From positions 600,001 through 632,000 of the forward strand of contig NZ_CP180230.1 of assembly GCF_047555085.1 (NCBI RefSeq): DNA of 32,000 nt, given 5' to 3'. The first letter of the stretch is position 1; the number at the start of each line of letters is the position of its first letter. The notes beneath the pieces were generated by a model, which had not been told where the DNA came from, ran no database searches, and worked only from the letters and a program-made list of their open reading frames with translations. The stretch comes from Candidatus Saccharimonadota bacterium (GTDB lineage: Archaea > Nanohalarchaeota > Nanosalinia > Nanosalinales > Nanosalinaceae). Shown piece by piece: positions 26,992 through 32,000 of the stretch. The position numbers were made by a program, and so were the translations under genes.

Positions 26992-28303
26992 TGGATACGA
27001 GTTAGGTACGGCGAAGGTTTTCCAGGATTTTGCAACAGCTTTCGATGCTTTGAAGACTGCGGAACAGAACGTACAGTTTTCTATTGATCCCAGTCAGGGC
27101 CTGACACGGGAACGTTATGGATGGTATTCTAATGGAAATATTTTTGATTCAAGTTATTTTTCCAGTGATGCCGGTGAAATCGGTATCTCTACGGGTACAG
27201 GCAGCACTGATACAGCAAGGATAAGATCCGGTTACGCAGGACAGTACGTTTCACAGAGTCTGGCACAGCCAGGTCATGCGGTCAGGATTGATTCCGGGAA
27301 CGTGAATATTGATGGAAGCGGCCTGGTTTCCTTGAGCCATGGTAACGTCAAGATAGGGCCTTTCATGCATGATGGCTCTCAGGTGACAGAAGGATTTTTC
27401 ATCGAGTTTGACTCCTCGGGCACAAGATTTGTCCGTGTGAGAGGAGGAACACGTGTGACAGAGGTCGATCAGGCTAACTGGAATCTGGATAATATGACCG
27501 GTCAGGGAGGCTCCGCTAATCCTTCCGGTGAACAGCTGGATCCCTCCGAAATGTATATCTACAACTATCCGTTTACTTGGTATAACTCTGGGCGGCTTTC
27601 GATCGGTAGAAGCAGGACCACCGGCATACCGAAGCCCCAGCAGATCCAGTTGTGGCACGAGTTCCAGCCAAGCGGAGAACCTAACCTGAATACTGCAAAT
27701 CTTCCTGTACAGATAGTATTTGACAACGCAGGTACAGGCCAGAGTCTTTCCGGTGCCCTGGGAGGCATGCAGTACAGTATCTACGGGGGAGATGGGCCTG
27801 TCGAGAAAAGAGTTACAGAGGCCATTGACAACGATATCTCGATAAGTGTTGCACGGAACGATCCTATCGATCCTGCGGCACAGCCAGGAACACCGATTTT
27901 TGCGGTGAGACGGCAGAGCGGCTACGAGGATCTGGAAGTTATGATCAGCGACCTGGAAGTTGTACCGTCCAGCACAGACCTGTTTTTCTACGTGTGGTAT
28001 GTCTGGGATTCGTCTGCACTTTCCGGAGCAAGCTTCAATCAGGCCTCTACAAGAAACTTCAGCTCGGAGACACGTATAGAAATCGATAAATCAGCGACGT
28101 CTTTCGATGCAACAAACGCCATCAATGAAAGAGTCTTCCGTGTAAGCGGAGCTAAAAACAACGAGAAAGTGAGTGTGTTCCCTAGAGAGGCCGAATCAAG
28201 ACTTCCTCTGGAAGCTACTGCAGTCGTAACAGCTGTAGAGGCCGATACTAACGGAAACGGGACTACAGCAGACGTCGTCATGCCTATCATCGAAGGATTC
28301 TAA
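26984..28303 (+). CDS. 439-aa G/S/T/N-rich protein, no signal peptide, unknown function
   Basis: Long ORF. ATG 26984 overlaps the upstream stop (ATGAGTGA). There is no hydrophobic N-terminus, no TM helix and no catalytic motif I recognise. Confidence 0.75.
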   Translation: MSDGYELGTAKVFQDFATAFDALKTAEQNVQFSIDPSQGLTRERYGWYSNGNIFDSSYFSSDAGEIGISTGTGSTDTARIRSGYAGQYVSQSLAQPGHAVRIDSGNVNIDGSGLVSLSHGNVKIGPFMHDGSQVTEGFFIEFDSSGTRFVRVRGGTRVTEVDQANWNLDNMTGQGGSANPSGEQLDPSEMYIYNYPFTWYNSGRLSIGRSRTTGIPKPQQIQLWHEFQPSGEPNLNTANLPVQIVFDNAGTGQSLSGALGGMQYSIYGGDGPVEKRVTEAIDNDISISVARNDPIDPAAQPGTPIFAVRRQSGYEDLEVMISDLEVVPSSTDLFFYVWYVWDSSALSGASFNQASTRNFSSETRIEIDKSATSFDATNAINERVFRVSGAKNNEKVSVFPREAESRLPLEATAVVTAVEADTNGNGTTADVVMPIIEGF

Positions 28304-28330
28304 ATTCCTCAATGGAGGAGAAAAAATTCT

Positions 28331-28609
28331 GTGAGAGATATAGTCGAAACAGAGAAAATCAGCGACGAACAACTCGATGGTGTCCACGCCAGACTTGAAC
28401 AGAACTCTGAAGACCGGACAGTTATAGAAGAGACCGGTACAGAGGCCGAAAGAATCTTCCGCTACAAGTTCGAAGAGGAAGACCTTGGAGAGATATGGTA
28501 TGGACAGATCGACATAGAGATCTACGATAAAACTTTCCAGGCTCGTGGAGACGAAGCACTTCTCAACAGGTACTTTGCGGAAAACAGGATACAGGAAATA
28601 GAGTACTGA
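28331..28609 (+). CDS. 92-aa acidic hypothetical protein
   Basis: GTG start with GGAGGAG 12 nt upstream. Same strand as, and tight spacing with, its neighbours. Confidence 0.5.
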   Translation: MRDIVETEKISDEQLDGVHARLEQNSEDRTVIEETGTEAERIFRYKFEEEDLGEIWYGQIDIEIYDKTFQARGDEALLNRYFAENRIQEIEY

Positions 28610-28666
28610 AAGAACTCAAAAACTTATTAACAGAAAATTCCAAAAAACTAGTTAGAGGCCTTGAAA

Positions 28667-28933
28667 ATGAGTATTCGCTGGGATTCAGAAACTGACTGGA
28701 AAAACAATCAAGACTCCTCAGGTACTACAGGACGGAACGGAAACTTGAAGCAGGGATACTCTCATGACAGGCCTCCGCTTTCACAAGACTTGATCGGATA
28801 CTGGCCTCTACACGACGAATCAGCAACAGATTACTCAGGAAACAACAATCACGGGACTCTCAACGGCGGGCCGACGACGGGAGTTGCAGGAAAAGGAGGC
28901 CTTGAAGCAATGAGTTTCGACGGCTCCGATGAT
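28667..28933 (+). repeat. Paralogous 5' module shared with 31220-31486 (roughly three-quarters nt identity by eye)
   Basis: Aligned by eye. It includes an identical 25-mer, TCGGATACTGGCCTCTACACGACGA (28794-28818 = 31347-31371). An 18-mer core is also at 30101-30118. The second shared block, 29371-29450 = 31921-32000, is even more similar. Confidence 0.8.
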
Positions 28934-30091
28934 TATATTTCTGTAGGATCTTTGAATGTAGGAACTACAGTTACAGCTACAGCGTGGGTTAATCTGGATG
29001 AGAGAAAGTCCAGTGAAAATCATACTATAGGCCCTCATGTGGACAACGGAAGCACACAGGGATTCAGAATATTTACTGATTCAGACACAGAAGAGGTAGG
29101 TGTCTGGACGAGAAATGATAACAGCTCCGTTGATAATCTAGTGAGTTCCTACTTGCCGCCGCTGAATGAATGGGTGTTCATAGCATTCACATATGACGGT
29201 TCAACAGGCCGACTATACGCCGATGGACAGGAAATCGCTTCAGGCATTATGGAGGCAAATTCCTTCGCCGGGACAAGCTTCATAGCCAGGTACTCGGGAG
29301 GAGGTTACAATCTAAACGGGCAGCAAGCCGGCGTAAGACTCTACAACGGGCCTCTCTCACAGAGCGAGATAAATACACTGTACGAATGGGGATCAGGCGA
29401 TTATGCAAGGCCTCCGAGTGACGGTGTTTCATACTACAAGTTAGATGGTGACGCCAATGATAGTTGGGGAGCCAACGATGGGAGTAACAGTGGCGCTGCT
29501 TTTATCTCGGACTCTATTCGGGGGAGTGCCTTAGAGTTTAATGCCGGTGAGAGTGACCGTGTTGATATATCTCATGTAACTGAGCTTAATCCGTCGAACG
29601 GGCGTTTGACTGTTTCCTGCTGGGTGAAGTCGGATTCAGCTCCGTCGAATACGCCAGGGATAGTTGGAAAGGTAGACGGTGCGTTCGCCAACGGATATCA
29701 GTTGTTCCACAACGGAGATGGTACTGTGACTTTCCGGGTCGAGGATTCACCGGAGAACGTGGCCACTGTCTCCAGCAGCAACAGTATATCACACGGCAAC
29801 TGGACCATGATCACTGCAGTACTTGACAGGCCTAACGGCGTTCAGAGGCTTCACATCAACGGGGAAACAGTTGATACGAACGATCCATCCAATCTTAAGA
29901 CAGTGGACCCGTCTGCAGATCTGAAGTTCGGGGTTTTTGATCCTCCAAACAGCAGCAAGGAACGCTACTGGTCAGGTAAGTTAGACGACGTACGGATCTA
30001 CGACTACGCTCTCAAACCATACGAAGTAGCTGAAACTTACAGGTACGGTACGAGAGGCCGTGACCTGAGAAAACAACTGGTGAATCACTGA
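28667..30091 (+). CDS. tandem LamG (Laminin_G_3 / concanavalin-A-like) domain protein, no signal peptide
   Basis: There are two units. Unit 1 opens with GYWPLHDESATDYSGNNNHGTLNGG...MSFDGSDDYISV and closes with AGVRLYNGPLSQSEINTLYEWG. Unit 2 opens with YYKLDGDANDSWGANDGSNSGA and closes with DDVRIYDYALKPYEV. ATG 28667 (MSIRWDSE) matches the paralogue start MAIRWDSE. Confidence 0.85.
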   Translation: MSIRWDSETDWKNNQDSSGTTGRNGNLKQGYSHDRPPLSQDLIGYWPLHDESATDYSGNNNHGTLNGGPTTGVAGKGGLEAMSFDGSDDYISVGSLNVGTTVTATAWVNLDERKSSENHTIGPHVDNGSTQGFRIFTDSDTEEVGVWTRNDNSSVDNLVSSYLPPLNEWVFIAFTYDGSTGRLYADGQEIASGIMEANSFAGTSFIARYSGGGYNLNGQQAGVRLYNGPLSQSEINTLYEWGSGDYARPPSDGVSYYKLDGDANDSWGANDGSNSGAAFISDSIRGSALEFNAGESDRVDISHVTELNPSNGRLTVSCWVKSDSAPSNTPGIVGKVDGAFANGYQLFHNGDGTVTFRVEDSPENVATVSSSNSISHGNWTMITAVLDRPNGVQRLHINGETVDTNDPSNLKTVDPSADLKFGVFDPPNSSKERYWSGKLDDVRIYDYALKPYEVAETYRYGTRGRDLRKQLVNH

Positions 30092-30778
30092 ATGGTACTA
30101 GTCGGATACTGGCCTCTAAACGAAACCTCCGGAACAACGGCATACGACGTCAGGAACGGAAACGATGGAACAGTCAACGGTGCCGGACCTGATGGAACAG
30201 GTACTTCTTCAGGCCTGCTTAACTCCTCAGCGTACTCGTTTGATGGGACTGATGACTATGTGACTATGCCTCGTTCGAGGGAAGGTTTTCCGAAAAGCTA
30301 TTCTGTATGGTTTAACCCGGGAGATGGTTCCGGATATCCTGCAGTACTACGTGATGATTACCATACTCAGGACGCTTACAGTGGAATAAGTATACAGTAT
30401 AACGCTCCAGACACCTGGGCGCTACAGATAGGCGATGGCAGCGGATCAGGTTCCAGCCACAGAAAAAGTCACAAAGGAGGAGATTTAACTCTGGGAAACT
30501 GGCATCACCTTGTTGCCGTGGCAAGAGGAGTAAACGATGTAGAACTCTACAAAAACGGTGTAAACGACTACAAAGGTGTTTCAGGAAGCGGGAGTTCAGT
30601 TCAGTACATCGGCTCGAAAAACGTTATGGGATTCAGGCCCGCAGGAAGCTACTACACTCCAGGAAAAATACAGCATGTCAGAATCTACGACCACGCACTG
30701 ACACCGCAGGAAGTACAGTACATGTATTCAGTCGGAAAAAATAGAGGCCTGCACATCTCCAGCGAAAAAACTCTGTAA
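30092..30778 (+). CDS. single LamG-domain protein, no signal peptide
   Basis: MVLVGYWPLNETSGTTAYDVRNGNDGTVNG...YSFDGTDDYVTM...IQHVRIYDHALTPQEVQYMY. The start codon directly abuts the upstream stop (TGAATG). Confidence 0.85.
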   Translation: MVLVGYWPLNETSGTTAYDVRNGNDGTVNGAGPDGTGTSSGLLNSSAYSFDGTDDYVTMPRSREGFPKSYSVWFNPGDGSGYPAVLRDDYHTQDAYSGISIQYNAPDTWALQIGDGSGSGSSHRKSHKGGDLTLGNWHHLVAVARGVNDVELYKNGVNDYKGVSGSGSSVQYIGSKNVMGFRPAGSYYTPGKIQHVRIYDHALTPQEVQYMYSVGKNRGLHISSEKTL

Positions 30779-30804
30779 AAAACTTCCGAAAGATAAATCC
30801 CAGT

Positions 30805-30816
30805 AAAAAATTTTTT
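30805..30816. terminator. A6T6 palindromic oligo-T tract between convergent genes
   Basis: AAAAAATTTTTT gives a T6 run on both strands, between the LamG stop (30778) and the gatC stop (30817). Archaeal termination commonly uses oligo-T. Confidence 0.4.
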
Positions 30817-31095
30817 CTAGGCGCTTGGGCCTTTGAAGTATCCTTCTTCCTCGTTTTCCGTATTCTGGAAGACTTCTTCTTTTTCAAGAGTTTCCTCTTT
30901 CTCATCGCTTCTTGTCGTCGAATCGACGTCCACAGGATGGAAAGATGGCTCAACATCTTCTGTATCAACTTCGTCAAGAGTCTCGAACATTCCCAGAATC
31001 TTATCGAATTCCTCTGAGAACTTCGAGGCCTCTTCATCTGAAAGATTGATCCTTGCGTTCTTCGCAACTTTCTGAACTTCTTTTTGATCTACCAT
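30817..31095 (-). CDS. gatC: aspartyl/glutamyl-tRNA amidotransferase subunit C
   Basis: 92 aa. VQKVAKNARINLSDEEASKFSEEFDKILGMFETLDEVDTEDVEP is the typical GatC pattern. Confidence 0.85.
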   Translation of the reverse strand: MVDQKEVQKVAKNARINLSDEEASKFSEEFDKILGMFETLDEVDTEDVEPSFHPVDVDSTTRSDEKEETLEKEEVFQNTENEEEGYFKGPSA

Positions 31096-31219
31096 ACTTC
31101 AGAACTGTAGACAAATTCTTTAGTAATCCACGGAGAGCCCAAAAAAATTTCCACAGGCCTCTGAAAAGTAATTTATTAGGAAGATTCAAATTAACTTATA
31201 GAGGCCTCAGAAATTTTTC

Positions 31220-32000
31220 ATGGCGATAAGATGGGATTCAGAAAGCGACTGGGAGAACAGTCAGGACAGTTCCGGTACAGTCGGCAGAAATGGAAATCTA
31301 CGGCAAGGATATTCAAGAGAAAAGCCTCCGCTTTCTCAAGGCCTTGTCGGATACTGGCCTCTACACGACGATTCGGCGACTGATTACTCAGGAAATAATA
31401 ATCATGGAACACTCAATGGCGGAGTCACGACAGGCATCGCTGGAAAAGCTGGTTTACAGGCGATGAGTTTTGATGGGAGCGATGATAGTATCGATATTCC
31501 TGATCAGCTTTTATCTAATGGCTCTTCTTTAACTCTTTCTTTCTGGTTCAAGGCCGATACACTAGGGAACGATGATCGTCCTGTGGCAATCAGCCAGAGC
31601 CATGAATGCCTTGCAAATATAGGTCGTTCAGGAACTAACGAGATTGGTGTTCGATGGAGAGCAGGAGACGGTAACGCGAGAGATTATGAATTCAAAACTA
31701 TTTCTACAGATACATGGCATCACTATGCAGTTACCTATGACAGTAGCTCAGGCGACTTGAAAGGCTATCTTAACTCAACAGAACAGCTGTATAAAGCCGG
31801 TATTGGTTCTTCAGGTATAAGTCAGGAATCGGCTATAGGGCAGAAAGGAGGTACAGGATATTTCAATGGAAAAATCTCAGACGTCCGTATATACAACCGT
31901 ACTCTATCCTTATCCGAAATAAATACGCTGTACGAATGGGGATCTGGCGACTATGCGAGGCCTCCAAACGACGGAACGGCATACTACAAGTTTGATGGTG
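31220..32000 (+). CDS. LamG-domain protein, paralogue of 28667..30091, truncated at the window end
   Basis: Own translation gives MAIRWDSESDWENSQDSSGTVGRNGNLRQGYSREKPPLSQGLVGYWPLHDDSATDYSGNNNHGTLNGG...ISDVRIYNRTLSLSEINTLYEWGSGDYARPPNDGTAYYKFDG, with no stop to base 32000. It is not in the ORF track. Confidence 0.85.
   Translation, partial: MAIRWDSESDWENSQDSSGTVGRNGNLRQGYSREKPPLSQGLVGYWPLHDDSATDYSGNNNHGTLNGGVTTGIAGKAGLQAMSFDGSDDSIDIPDQLLSNGSSLTLSFWFKADTLGNDDRPVAISQSHECLANIGRSGTNEIGVRWRAGDGNARDYEFKTISTDTWHHYAVTYDSSSGDLKGYLNSTEQLYKAGIGSSGISQESAIGQKGGTGYFNGKISDVRIYNRTLSLSEINTLYEWGSGDYARPPNDGTAYYKFDG

Noticed and set aside
1-32000. CRISPR arrays, rRNA genes, IS elements, integrases or transposases.
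   Set aside because: There are no regularly spaced direct repeats, no rRNA-like stretches, and no ORF with recombinase or transposase motifs. The only RNA gene I can support is tRNA-Arg.
24427-32000. Calling the accessory region an integrated provirus or genomic island.
   Set aside because: There is no integrase, no flanking direct repeats and no adjacent tRNA (tRNA-Arg is about 10 kb away). The core gene gatC lies inside the region. Only the AGGCCT trough over 26.9-28.6 kb hints at foreign DNA.
1-32000. AGGCCT as the visible core of a longer REP/MITE-type repeat.
   Set aside because: The bases on either side of the hexamer vary freely in the copies I inspected, and most copies are inside conserved coding sequence.

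Overview
This is a tightly packed archaeal chromosomal segment of about 40 genes with very short spacers. It carries archaeal hallmark genes: class I LysRS, archaeal-type SAM synthetase, a PAN-like AAA ATPase, geranylgeranyl reductase and a Sec11-type signal peptidase. The predicted proteins are strongly acidic and GC looks to be in the mid-40s % by eye. Together with several LamG-domain proteins, this suggests a salt-in halophile with a reduced genome, possibly Nanohaloarchaeota/DPANN-like; that assignment is inference, since no search was run. Positions 1-24400 are mostly housekeeping: an ABC exporter pair, two trans-prenyl synthases, cis-prenyltransferase, GGR, lysK, membrane proteases, MAT, pyruvate kinase, tRNA-Arg(TCG), PAN, and gatA/gatB with a YbaK-YqeY fusion. 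Positions 24400-32000 look accessory. They hold a sequon-rich secreted CARDB protein, a Tat-signal mini-protein translationally coupled to a signal-less 440-aa protein, a 92-aa acidic protein, and three paralogous LamG genes that enclose gatC. The most striking non-genic signal is the palindromic hexamer AGGCCT. I counted about 140 copies by eye, roughly 20-fold more than base composition predicts, in all codon phases and in spacers, with a local trough over the 440-aa gene. No CRISPR array, rRNA, transposase or integrase was seen. Functional calls rest on motif recognition by eye only.
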